Part shown: one piece after another, positions 36,021 through 48,000 of the stretch
How positions within the stretch are numbered: position 1 is the stretch's first letter
Layout of the letters: the number at the start of each line of letters is the position of its first letter
Source: Trichinella spiralis
Taxonomy: Eukaryota
Assembly (NCBI RefSeq): GCF_000181795.1
Contig: NW_003526943.1
Span: forward strand, 9,904,849-9,968,848
Reading direction: 5' to 3'
DNA length: 64,000 bases
Position numbers and translations under genes: made by a program
The notes under the pieces: model-generated
The model's database searches: none
Seen by the model: the letters and a program-made list of their open reading frames with translations, nothing else
Told to the model about the DNA's origin: nothing

Positions 36021-37214
36021 TCAACAAGATTTCCACCTATGGCCGCATTGATTGCACACAACGTATGTCACCGCCTCTGCTTCATGACCATCCTTTTCGT
36101 AAGAAACCGTGTAATTGCAGTCACGCTGACCACACTGACGACAATGAAAAGTTGTACTGTGCAGCAAACTGCCTTCATTGGAAAGCATGTGCTCTTTCAA
36201 ACTATCCCGTTCCACGGCTTTGCGCATATTTTTCACCTCTTCAGGAGCCATCTCCTCCGTGGTCATTTTGGCAAAATTCGCCGGCAAAATTTTCCCAGTC
36301 AGAATATCTCGCAAAAGTTGGCAATTTTTCGAATTGCAAAGATTCATTGCATGAGAACGTATTTCGCTACAGTATTTGGAATTTGTTTCATCACTGCCAT
36401 TGAGTTCATATATGGATTCTTCGATTTGTTGGACAATTGTTTTTATATTGTTATCGTTCAACAAATTCGCATCACAATCTTCGAACATAGCACGGCAGTT
36501 ATTCAAATTGGATCGGATCGAATCGAACAATGCACGGCATGAATTATGACGAACTGGACTTGAAAGATCTAAATAACATTTTATTCGATAATAAAATCGA
36601 ACAACACTATGAATCATTAAAAACAGACGAAAAGCTGAAATTAACAATCAAAAGTATTTTGTCTAGAAAACAATTAAAATTAATTATCATTTTATCAATT
36701 AATTATAAAAATTTATATCCAATTAAAAAAAACGATTAATTTTAAAATATGAAAAAAACACATACTGAATAAAGGAAAATTTGTTGTAGACTGAGAACAC
36801 AACTCGGATGTTGAAAATTGATCCATATCGTCAGAAGACTGAGATGTCGATTTACTCAAACCTGAAAATTTCTGTTTTCTTATAATAATATTTTTAATTT
36901 TAAAAAATATTACTTTTTCTACGACTAGAAGTTGACAGCGCGTTAACTTCTTTCTTCCATTTCTTAACCAGAAAAGTGGCATTTTCGAAGAGTTCTGGAC
37001 ATTTCACAAAAGTTGTCCGTATGCGATTTACTGTTTTCCCAATGTTTGTGCTGACTAACATATCAACATCAATGCCACCATAAGTACGCAATTCTTCCAA
37101 CAGTTTTCGCATTTTTGTTTTATTCAAAGCGTTCTTGTCCAACATTTCGGATAGTTCATTTTCGATTTCCCGAACCCTAAACTCAAGGCGCTGTCGCTGC
37201 ACATTATTCGTCAT
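36021..37214 (-). CDS. TFIIS-family (TCEA-like) elongation factor with a divergent zinc-ribbon hairpin; exons 37214-36914, 36861-36766, 36568-36021
   Basis: N-terminal TFIIS-N/LW domain (DMLVSTNIGKTVNRIR...LVKKWKK), central domain II (KYCSEIRSHAMNL...LLRDILTGKILPANFAKMTTEEMAPEE) and C-terminal ribbon CRQC...VVCNQCGHRWKSC. Introns are phase-compatible. Confidence 0.88.
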
Positions 37215-38662
37215 CTACAAATAGAAATTAATATTGAAAGAAGCACTTCAGAAAACGAAAACGCTTTTTATCCACACTGGAAAATCAAGTAAATTAAAAT
37301 ACAGAAGGAAAGATAATCATGTAATTACAGAATGAACAATCAAATTTATTATATGTTTAGCCTTTTAAAATATTTCTTTAAATAATTTTTAAATAAATTT
37401 AAATTAAAAAAATATTAAATTATTTGCACTGTTATCGTAGACCGTAGACAATGTTATGCTGCTATACGTTTTTAAAATAATTTGTATTTGTACAAAAAAA
37501 TTATGTAATAATATATATATAATAAAATGTTAAAACAAAACATACATGCAACCAGAAATGAGCATGCAATATTCTGATTAACGAAGCTACATATTTATGA
37601 ACGTCAAATTGCTTCTAAACTAAACAGTGTTGTAATACAAGCGGTGAAATTACACGAAGAAATAAAATTTCAGAAATAATAAATTTATTAATAAATCTCA
37701 CAATTAATCGTAAAAGCATCGCTTTAGCATTTTTATTTTTATGAAAAGCTGCTACAGTTTCTGATTGCGACACGCAATAACAAGTTTTCACTATCAATAC
37801 TTGATTTTATTGTGGAAAATCTTTGTGGTTTCCAATCAGATTAATGTAGAGTAGGTAGGAGGGGATAGCTCCACCAATTTTTAAAATATGCAATCAAAAA
37901 TAAAGCGCACTTTTCTGTATCAATCCAATCGACCTAATGCTATTTGAGAAACTCCGGTAAACATTGAACACACTGTTTATACACTTTTACTTTGTTATTA
38001 ATGCCTGCAAGTCAGATTTATTTAGTTACTGTAAATATGTAAAAGATAGAAACGCTTTTAATCAGACTGAATTTTTTAATTGCCATATGATTGTGATACA
38101 TGTGAGTATTTATTTAATGATGTATTGAATTAATGTTAAAATATGCTTGTCTGGTAATTGAAGACACGTTAAAAGGTTTGGGAATGATAGTCGTAACTTG
38201 CAAGCTCTGATTGCCAAAGGGAAACATTGGAAATATTTGCCTTTTTACACTATTCTTGTAGCAGTTCATAGTGTTTTAAAGTTAGATGAAATTAACTAGA
38301 TTTTTATATTGAAATTTCATAGCGGGCGATATAGTCAATGACTGTGAACGTATCAATTCAAAATTGATCATATTGTAAAATCAACAAATGGCCAATTTTA
38401 ACTAGTATCGCACTGAAAGTAGACTGTTAGCAATAAACAATTACGAGTATAGCTTGCCTTACTTGATTGGTATGGAAATAATTTTTTTCAATGAATAAAT
38501 TTTTCGAGTTCAGTGCAATACCATGTGACATGTAATGAAATTGATGATCAGAAATTTTAGTCTACTTGATTCTACTTTTTGACTGTTATACTGTAATTTA
38601 TTTTTCACCCCTCCTTTTGGGTTGTAATAGATTGTCTTGTTCCTAGGCAAGCGTGCAAGGAG

Positions 38663-40420
38663 ATGAAATACGTTTTGGTGACTGGTGGCGTGATCAGCGG
38701 CTTGGGAAAAGGGATAATATCGAGCAGTATAGGTGTGGTATTGCAAGCGCACGGTTTACGGGTTTCGGTGATCAAAATCGATCCATATTTGAATATCGAC
38801 GCCGGCACGTTTTCACCATTCGAACATGGCGAAGTATTTGTACTGGACGACGGCGGTGAGGTCGACTTGGATCTTGGAAATTACGAACGCTTCCTGAATG
38901 TGAAACTGAATCGCGACAACAACATCACAACTGGCAAAATTTACATGGACGTTATTACCCGCGAGCGTGAAGGCCACTTCCTTGGCCGGACGGTTCAAGT
39001 GATTCCGCACATCACCGACGCCATCCAAGAATGGGTCGAACGTGTGGCTTGTCAACCGGTCGACGGAAGCGACATTGCTCCGGATATTTGCATAATCGAA
39101 CTCGGCGGCACAATTGGCGATATCGAAAGCATGCCATTTGTGGAGGCGTTTCGGCAGTTTCAGTTCCGCGTGCGCCGGGACAATTTTCTCAGCGTGCACG
39201 TGAGCTTGTTGCCCGAGCCGTACAGTACTGGCGAGCAGAAGACCAAGCCCACCCAGCACAGCGTGCGAGAATTACGTGGACAGGGTCTGTATCCGGAAAT
39301 TATCATCTGCCGCAGTCGTAGTGTGCTTCTTCCGACGACCAAACGCAAAATATCCAACTTCTGCCACGTGGACATTGACCAAGTGATATCGGTGCACGAC
39401 GTGTCGAATCTGTACCGGGTGCCGTTGCTCATGGCCGAGCAGCGAGTGTTTGAATTCATGTTTCGTCGTCTTAATCTTCTTGCCTCGAATTACAACTCCA
39501 GTTCGTTGGAATATTGGAGAAAATTAGCCCAATTGCAAGACAGCGACCGACCGCCTGTTCGAATAGCGTTGGTTGGAAAATATGTGGAACTTCGAGATGC
39601 TTACGCGTCGGTATACAAAGCGCTTGAACACGCGGCGTTGGCGTGCAACCGTCGGCTCGAGGCGTCGATTGTCAATTCAGAAGGTTTAGAAGAGGTGACC
39701 AAGTTGAAAGATCCTGAATTGTACAACAATACGTTGCAGATGTTGGAAAATTGCGACGGCATTTTGGTTCCAGGCGGTTTTGGTGAACGAGGAATTGAAG
39801 GCAAAGTAGCCGCTTGTCGTTGGGCTCGGCAGAAGAAGGTTCCATTTTTGGGCATTTGCTTGGGCATGCAGTGCGCGGTTATTGAATTCGCCCGCAACGT
39901 TCTCGGCTTGAAAGACGCGAATTCGACTGAATTTTCACAAGATACTTCGGCTCCTGTTGTAATCGAGATGCCTGAACACAATACAGGCAAAATGGGTGGC
40001 ACCATGCGACTTGGTCTGCGTACTACTGTTTTTCGAAAAGACTTGCATTCTGTAGTCAGACAACTGTACGGCAATGTACCATTTATCAGAGAACGTCACC
40101 GTCATCGTTACGAAGTCAATCCCAGCTATGTTAGCTTGTTTGAAAAGCAAGGCATGCTATTCACCGGCACTGACGACCAAAGAATGGAAATTTTTGAACT
40201 TCAGCATGAAAGTCCTTATTATATTGGGGTACAGTTTCACCCTGAATATTTATCCAGTCCTTTGAATCCGAGTCCATTATTTGTTGGGCTCATTTTGGCT
40301 TCTATCAATCAACTTCACACTACACTCAGCAGTTCGACTGTTCAGTTACCTTTGAAAGGTCTCTGGAACAATTGTCACTCCAGCAATGGTTCAACTGAAC
40401 AATGCGCTTTACAAGCTTAA
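38663..40420 (+). CDS. CTPS: CTP synthase, intronless, 585 aa
   Basis: [58 protein letters not shown], and the glutaminase triad motifs GICLGMQ and QFHPE. An acceptor-like ttcctag lies 15-16 nt before the ATG. Confidence 0.98.
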   Translation: MKYVLVTGGVISGLGKGIISSSIGVVLQAHGLRVSVIKIDPYLNIDAGTFSPFEHGEVFVLDDGGEVDLDLGNYERFLNVKLNRDNNITTGKIYMDVITREREGHFLGRTVQVIPHITDAIQEWVERVACQPVDGSDIAPDICIIELGGTIGDIESMPFVEAFRQFQFRVRRDNFLSVHVSLLPEPYSTGEQKTKPTQHSVRELRGQGLYPEIIICRSRSVLLPTTKRKISNFCHVDIDQVISVHDVSNLYRVPLLMAEQRVFEFMFRRLNLLASNYNSSSLEYWRKLAQLQDSDRPPVRIALVGKYVELRDAYASVYKALEHAALACNRRLEASIVNSEGLEEVTKLKDPELYNNTLQMLENCDGILVPGGFGERGIEGKVAACRWARQKKVPFLGICLGMQCAVIEFARNVLGLKDANSTEFSQDTSAPVVIEMPEHNTGKMGGTMRLGLRTTVFRKDLHSVVRQLYGNVPFIRERHRHRYEVNPSYVSLFEKQGMLFTGTDDQRMEIFELQHESPYYIGVQFHPEYLSSPLNPSPLFVGLILASINQLHTTLSSSTVQLPLKGLWNNCHSSNGSTEQCALQA

Positions 40421-42210
40421 CAGAAAAACGAACGACATTTAATTTTTTATGATTTTAAATTATTTCTTTAGAAGATGAACATTTACTTTTTATCAGATTT
40501 ATAAATTTGTTTTGCAAAGTTATGCCGATGTGAGTTTTTGATATTTTTAGTGGTCTTTAAAAAATTGAATTATCAAAGTAAATTTGCATAAAAAACAGTT
40601 TTTTTTCAATGTTGGATATTTGGTTATGTTTGTAAAAGGCGCGCGTAATTATTGGTGAATGGAAAACGAGATGTTAAATTATTGCGCAACGTTGAAAAGT
40701 TCAGATTTTGATATTAGAATGTATTTTTTTGCAGCGAACAACACGCTAACGGAATTGCTGCTGTGAAGCGATAATTTTCAAATGAACAGTCAGAAACATA
40801 TTACTTGCCCAAGATTCTTTGCATAAATTGTAAACAGAATATGAGACTCATTTAAATTTCTGCACCTCAGAAATGGGAGATTTATTTGCATATTCGAAAT
40901 TGAATGCATTTCGTGCTCAGCAAGAATTTTCATTATCAATAAAAATTTGTTTAGCCCTTGATATAATTATTGTAAAAATTAGACTTGCATTCACATGAGG
41001 AATTTAGTGATTTTTTTCTGAAAATCAAACTCAAAGAAAATTTTACGTTAAAAATAAATTCAAAATAAATTCAAAATTCAGATGACTGCTTTTTGTGTAT
41101 TCATTATGTAAATTGTAGAACTGAATATTTATTTATTAATTTAGAAAAAAAAACTTGTTGAATATAAACTATTGATATATAGCGATTAGTTTTATATTAT
41201 TTATCAATGTTTTAAGTTTTTTGCATGAAGCGTAATTTTCTACAGATTTTTTGACAAACTGTTTTTGTTCTATTTCATTAAGCAATTTACGTTTATGCAT
41301 ATTTTGTTTCATATATTTGCATATATAACTCTAAGAATATTATACGTAAAAATGATTTCATCTTGCAATACTTTGACATTCTTTTTTTTACCAAACAACA
41401 TGTATTATATAAAACAAAAAAAGCAAATATATCATCATCATCATACAAATAAAAGTAGTAAATTTTACAGTAAAACGTGTGCAATATGTAAAATAAGATT
41501 TGTCTGCAAAGAAAAATCACTCGGTTGATATGGTAATGTTGAAAATGGTATCGTTTAATTATGGAAAGTTTCTCATTGAAAAATGATGCAAACTTTTGTG
41601 GTAGATTCTGTTGGAAAAAAACGATAGTTTAAAGAAAAAAGATTTACTGACAAGAACAATAAGCAAAGTAATTGCCTTTTAATTAATTACTGTAATGTCG
41701 AATGAATGGCCATGATGAGCAAGCAGTAGAGCAGAATAGAACAGAATAAAATTATATCGAACATAATAAAGTAAAAGAACAAAAAATTCTACCTGATGAT
41801 AATTATTATAGACTAATAATTAAAATTATTCAATGATGACAACTGACAACGACAACCGTGTATGTGTAGTGCATGTGTATGTTCGGTTTTTGGCGGTGCA
41901 GAATAGTTTTGTAACAGACGAGATGAATGAGAAACAATTGAAAAAATGCGATGCAAAACAATAAAATAGAACGTCAACAAAAACTATATGTTAAAATATG
42001 AAAATGAATAGGCATCAGATCAAATTTTAAAGTAGAAGAAGAAGAAGAAGAAGATTATTCAATATGATTGAATGAATCGATTTAACAAAATAATAATAAG
42101 AAACAATTAAATAATAACTTATAAAAAATGAGCATAAAAATCAGAAAAATGAAAAAATCCAAAAAAAATAGTGATTAACTACTGAATAAAATTGAATGTA
42201 AAGTTTCTGG

Positions 42211-45027
42211 TTATAACGTATGAACAACGACAGGATCTTTGTTAACGACATAGAATTGATTTTTTCGACCAAACAGACCCCAAAGAACAGCGACAATTTC
42301 GATGAAAACGTTGAATGGAATGACGCAAATTGCAGCCACGGTATAATACAACAGAACGAAAGGATGTCGGCAGTAGCGTGAAGCGAACGACTTCCACACG
42401 CCAAAGATGTACATGTACAAATTGACGGCACCAACAAATGCGACGCAAAAATCGAACAACGGTTGACTAGGCAAAGGCATGATGTAGGCAAAGAAAAAAT
42501 TCATAAGGCTCAAAGGCATTGTCGCCCAGGCGTAGAACGACATTGCAAGGAATATTTTACAACGCCACGGCAATTCGGCACTGTGCACAACCAAGCAGAT
42601 ACCTTGCAGCCAACGTTTGCGCTGTTGCAAAAAGTCCCAAAATGTAAATGGAGATTTTTCAAGCATCTCGCCTTCGATGAATTCAAATTTGTAGCCGTCC
42701 CTGTAGGCGACCATACCGAAATAGCAATCTTCGGCAATGGAACCCCTCGAACCGTGGTCAAATGACACTTTCTTTTCCGCTCCAGCTTTCGTAACCACAA
42801 ACGAACCCTTCCAACCGAACAACGGACGGTGAAAGCAGCGAAATTGAAAGCGCAATTTCCCTACAAAACAACACGATCATTTTTTTCAACGGATATCAAT
42901 CAATAACATGACGCACAAAAATTAAACACCAACACAACCCAACGTTGTTCATTGTGGATGAAAAATCACATTTCATCTATCAAAAAAAAAACGAAATTTA
43001 TGTTTCTTTTTTATTTTTTCTTGATACGAATTGTTCGAAATTTTTGAAAATTTATAAATTAGCAATCGATAACAATATAAAAAATGAAACGGAACCTATT
43101 CTTCAACTTTGTCAACATCAACTTTTACAATTGTAAAATGAAAGTCGTTTTTTTTTAATATGAGATGTATTTGTGAAGTAATTATTTCAAAAAAGTTCAC
43201 CTTCTCATTAAAAGAAAGCAGGTAAGCTTCATCTACAGTATACATATAAACATAAATTTACACATTACTGTTTATTTCAGTAGAAATTTTCGGCAGTTTT
43301 TCATTTATTATTTCAGAATATTTTCACATCAATCCTGCAAAACAGATCTATCTCTTGGTATCTAGCATCAAAAATCATCAACCTTTAGCAACTGGCGACA
43401 AGCATGTGTAAAAAACAGTGCAACTGCTTTTATAATCTTGTGAAATTTCATAAAATACTATAAAATAAAACTAGACAAACAAAAAAAATTCATTCATTCA
43501 TTAATTCTGTTTAATCGATTTGAAATGTCATTATAATGAAATTGTGGGAAATTTTGAAAACCGTTCCAAAAAAAGTGTCAAAAATCAGCACCTTTAATAG
43601 TTTCTTGCTTTGAAAAAAAAAGAAAGAAAACGATTGCAATGTTGTCGCATTAACAACAACACAGTGACATTAAAGTAGAATAGAATCAACGATTGGAAGT
43701 GAATGTTTGCTAATTTTCGATGCTTGATAACATTGCAAACGCTTGACAAGTTCCCATTAGCAGAAAGAGACAGGCCAAAGTAATGTTTACAAAAGGAGAA
43801 TAAAGTATTGATGACAAACAGTTTATTTAAAATGATGAATTAAATTGAAAAATGAGAAGACCCTTAGACCAGACCAGCGTGCAAGAGAATGTTTAAATTA
43901 TAAATTAAACAAAGAAAAAATCCAATTTTAGCCAACAAGAACCCACTTTGCTGCTTGTAATAGAAAACCGCACTATGAACTATAGCATTTTCTGACCACT
44001 TAGTTTTTCCAAAACAGGACTACTGAACCTTTCATACAATTTTATACCTATTTGAATAAAATAAGCTCTAACAAAAAAAATATATTCATCCATGTCAATA
44101 GGATTAGTTGAACAGTATGATTCATTCATTCATTCATTCATTCATTCATTTGTCACGACTGTATGTGATGTGATGCAAACTGCCTTTAGGGGATTGTTAT
44201 TTTTTTTTGATCAAATTTGTACTGCGCTTGTTTAATACAAAAAATCAGTAGTCAGCTTACTTACCCATATCATCAGCGACACGAAATGAATCAGCCAACG
44301 TGGTAACCCAGTTGACAATTTTTCCATTGGCGTAAGTGATCAAGCCTTGTCCGAAAGGATGCTGGCCGTCGGAGCAAAAATTCAAAATGCCGCGTACTGA
44401 GTTTTCCGTGAGCAAAGTTTCTTCGTCCAGGTGAACAATCCAGTCGTCGTCACGCAGCATGTTCACCTCCTCTTCCCAGCAATATTGCAACGCCCTAGCT
44501 TTGAACAACGCCCCGGATTTGGTCCGATATCCGGCCGGAACGACCAATTCACGCACGCGGCAGTTGCGGTCCAAATTAAGCGGCTTGTCGGTGACCACTT
44601 CCACCACGAAATGCTCCAAGCCGACCCGCAAGCAAGTGTCGATATTTTTCGCAACATTCTGCACAATCAGCTTCCTGTAATCGCCCTTGGTGACCACACG
44701 GAAACAAATGAACGGGGCCAGCAGAGGCGAATTGTTCAAACGGACGTGATCCTTGAACGCGTTGAAAAGCACCAATCCGCAGACGTTGAATACACACTGA
44801 GGCAGGACAAGCAGACTGATGAAGCGCAGCAAATACAAGAAAACGCACAACGCGCATCCGTAACGAACCAACGGGTCGAACGTCAAGGATTGGTCGACAG
44901 CATCCTGACCAAGCCGAACAGCCCCGGTCAACAATTCAAAGCTGACCACGAACAACGTGAAACAGCCGACATGGGTGAGATGCTTGTTTCGGCTATTCCA
45001 GACCAAAGGACAACGATGACGGCCCAT
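42211..45027 (-). CDS. egh: Egghead/BRE-3 beta-1,4-mannosyltransferase (GT2); exons 45027-44265 and 42860-42211
   Basis: FKARALQYC, WIVHLDEETLLTENSVRGILNF, TTLADSFRVADDMG|KLRFQF, GSIAEDCYF and QQRKRWLQG (QxxRW). A 1.4-kb phase-1 GT-AG intron joins the exons in frame. Confidence 0.95.
44119..44150. repeat. (ATTC)n microsatellite in the egghead intron
   Basis: Directly visible. Confidence 0.9.
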
Positions 45028-48000
45028 GTCTGGCAAGCAGCAAACAATTCAACAACACCGACAGCCGGCGTCGTTGCTCTTCCAATCGACCTCCAATCGA
45101 CAATGCTCACCGTACCTCGCAATCATTCATTAGTCGTATACTAAAAGCAAAAGATATAAATATCCGATTGTAAAACTTCGACCAACATTTTCAACTGTTG
45201 TTTTATTAAAAATTTGCTTTCGCATTTTATTATTTTTTTTCTCTTTTACAATTTCTCTCTGCTCACCGCTGCATAGCAGGTCAACTACCCCGTTACGCAA
45301 AAATGGCAAATATTTGCTTTTGTCATCAGTCAACTTTGCAGTCGATTCATTGGTAAAGCATCTTTCTCACATTGAAAATTTGTAAAAAATTTTTCTTTCA
45401 CTAGTTAACATGCAGAAAATTGCATGGAAATTGAGACGAAGAAATAGTAAAAGAAAAAAAGGAGAAAAGAGTCGAGAGGGAAGGAGAGAAAATACAGGGG
45501 TAGAGGGGTAGAGACAGACTGAGAAATGGGAAAAAAGAGAAAAATAGCAAGAAAGGGATCGTAAATAAACAGGTTGCAACCTGCGTTCTACCTTGTCCCG
45601 GAGGCAAATCATTTCACACGAAACTGGCCTACCGACTGGTTCCTATAATTGCTAACATGTTCGTTCATTGAAGCTTTTTGGAAATTTCACCCTTCAAGAA
45701 TTTGATCATCGAATAAAACATTCAAATACAAATGACAACAATTTCAAATTGACATCCACAATCATCCAGCTCATGCAGTCAAAGCGTATAAAGAAGATAT
45801 CTTATTTATGAACTGATTCATTTTATTGCTTGGCATTAAACTGACCACCAACGAACGATATCATTTCATCACCACGCAAGCATCACCGAGCAAGTATTTT
45901 TATTCAAACATGATCGATGTGCAAAAGCACAGATCAACAAAAAAAAGTTTTACACTTCTGAAAATAAATATTTCAAATCACCTCATCTCATCTCATCTTA
46001 TAGCATGAGCATCTGCTCTTGAAGAGCCGATGAATTTCTTTCATTAAAATTCGTTTCTTACATGACAACAATCAATTTTAAGCAATAACAGACGGTCGTT
46101 TGCAACTGGTTTTTAAATGCAACTTGAACGTAAAAAAAGTTTAAAGATTAAGCAGCTGAACTACGCAACAGCTACATGCTTGTGATAAGCAATTTTTTTC
46201 GCTTACAAATGGTATATCATTCATTGATAACAATTTCTAACACATGTTCGTACATTTGATAAACAAAAAGTAAATAAATAAATAAATATATATATATACT
46301 CACTAGTAAAATGATAAAAGAAAAAGCATAAATTTAAATGATCCAGAAATGCCTGCTTATTGAAGAAGAAAAAGTTGAAAGAACTGACAACTGGCACATT
46401 CAAGCACAATTGTCAGCTTACAGTTACGAACTTCAACAAACGCAAAACACTAAACTGAAACCAATACTATACTTTTTTTGTTATTGTTCAAAAAGTCAAT
46501 TTTGAATAAATTAATTAAGATCATTCTATTATTTGCTTTAATAATTATTATGACATTGATTTATTTGTTAAATAAACTGTCTAAGCAATGCCAAATCACT
46601 TAATACATGCAATGTTAACAAGAAGGCAAGTAAAATTATCTTCAAAAAAATTAAAGTGTAATTTTTTCTTTTTGTTTTGCATTTTTACAAATAAATTTTT
46701 TTATTAAAAAATACAAAGAAACAGTAAAGAAATAATAAAAAACAATAAAATTAAAAAAACTTGTTTACACTTTTATCTTGCAAATTTTACAATCAATCAC
46801 CAACTTTACCCAGCATGTATAAGCTCAAGTAGTTTATGCAAAATTGGTGTTCAATTCTTGAATAGCTAATATAAATTATATTTCATTTAACTGTTCTTTT
46901 GGAAAGTCACAAAATTTTAATCATCTTCAATGCTTTTCTATTAAAATATGCAAAAATAGTGCTTATATTAAACTGGAATTTTCCAATTTATAAACTGCCA
47001 TGCAACAGCTATTCTTGTTACATTTCACAAAATGCTAGCTAATCATTAGCAATAAAGGTTCTTTTTCAAACTGCATCATTCTAAATCGGTCCAAAATTCA
47101 AAATAAAAATTTAGCTTTTATTAAAGAAAAGAGTTTTAAAAATTATTTCTAAACATTCAAAACAGTTGACCTATAATTGACACCAAGAAGAGATACTTTT
47201 GAAGCTAATGTTGTGGAAAGAAATGCACAAACTTACCTGCCTATTGCTTACTTATTAGAATAAAAATTTCGACAATAATAACGAAATTAAACATTTTCAT
47301 TACTTGCATTGTAATAAAATAGTCGAACGGTACAGAGCGTAAGGAAAAACGAAAAAACACTTCTTCTAGAGTAATTGATTACCGTATTGTTAATCATCCT
47401 GAAAATCTTCACAAATCTGGGTCAATGACAACTGACTGTGACCTGAGTCTATGATAAGTAATTCAGGGCAATAAGTTCGGCTTACTGCAGCAACCGCAAA
47501 CTGATGCATATTGTGGCGAGCTAAAGCGGCTAGAAAAATGCGGCCGCTAATCCACGCTTGACCTCACCAAACGCTGATCAAACGACCTGAACAACATAAA
47601 AATTATATATCACTGCACCATACATCCATTCGTATATGAATATACTCATTTAATTAATTAATTGATTTTTTTTGTTTGATTATTATTTAAAACAAAACTG
47701 TTCTGATATATTCGACTGAAATAGAACAATGTACAGATTTAATTGAACAATTTTTTCATTTGAATTAAAAGTGTTAAATCATAATTAAGCGAGCATTTCA
47801 TACGATATTTCTATATTTATTGAGAAATTGAAAACTGTGAAATTTTGATAAAAATCCAATCGAACATTTCAATAGTTGTCGAAATAAGAATGACGAAAGC
47901 TGATGATTGTTTAATGTGACTAATTCTGTCATTTCAAAATGGGCATTTGAAATTTAAACTTGAAAATAATAGTGGTAAAAATGATTCGCATCGATCGCGT

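Noticed and set aside
38813..40150. Minus-strand ORFs within CTP synthase
   Set aside because: Antisense shadows.
44431..45144. 237-aa plus-strand ORF
   Set aside because: Antisense shadow of egghead exon 1.
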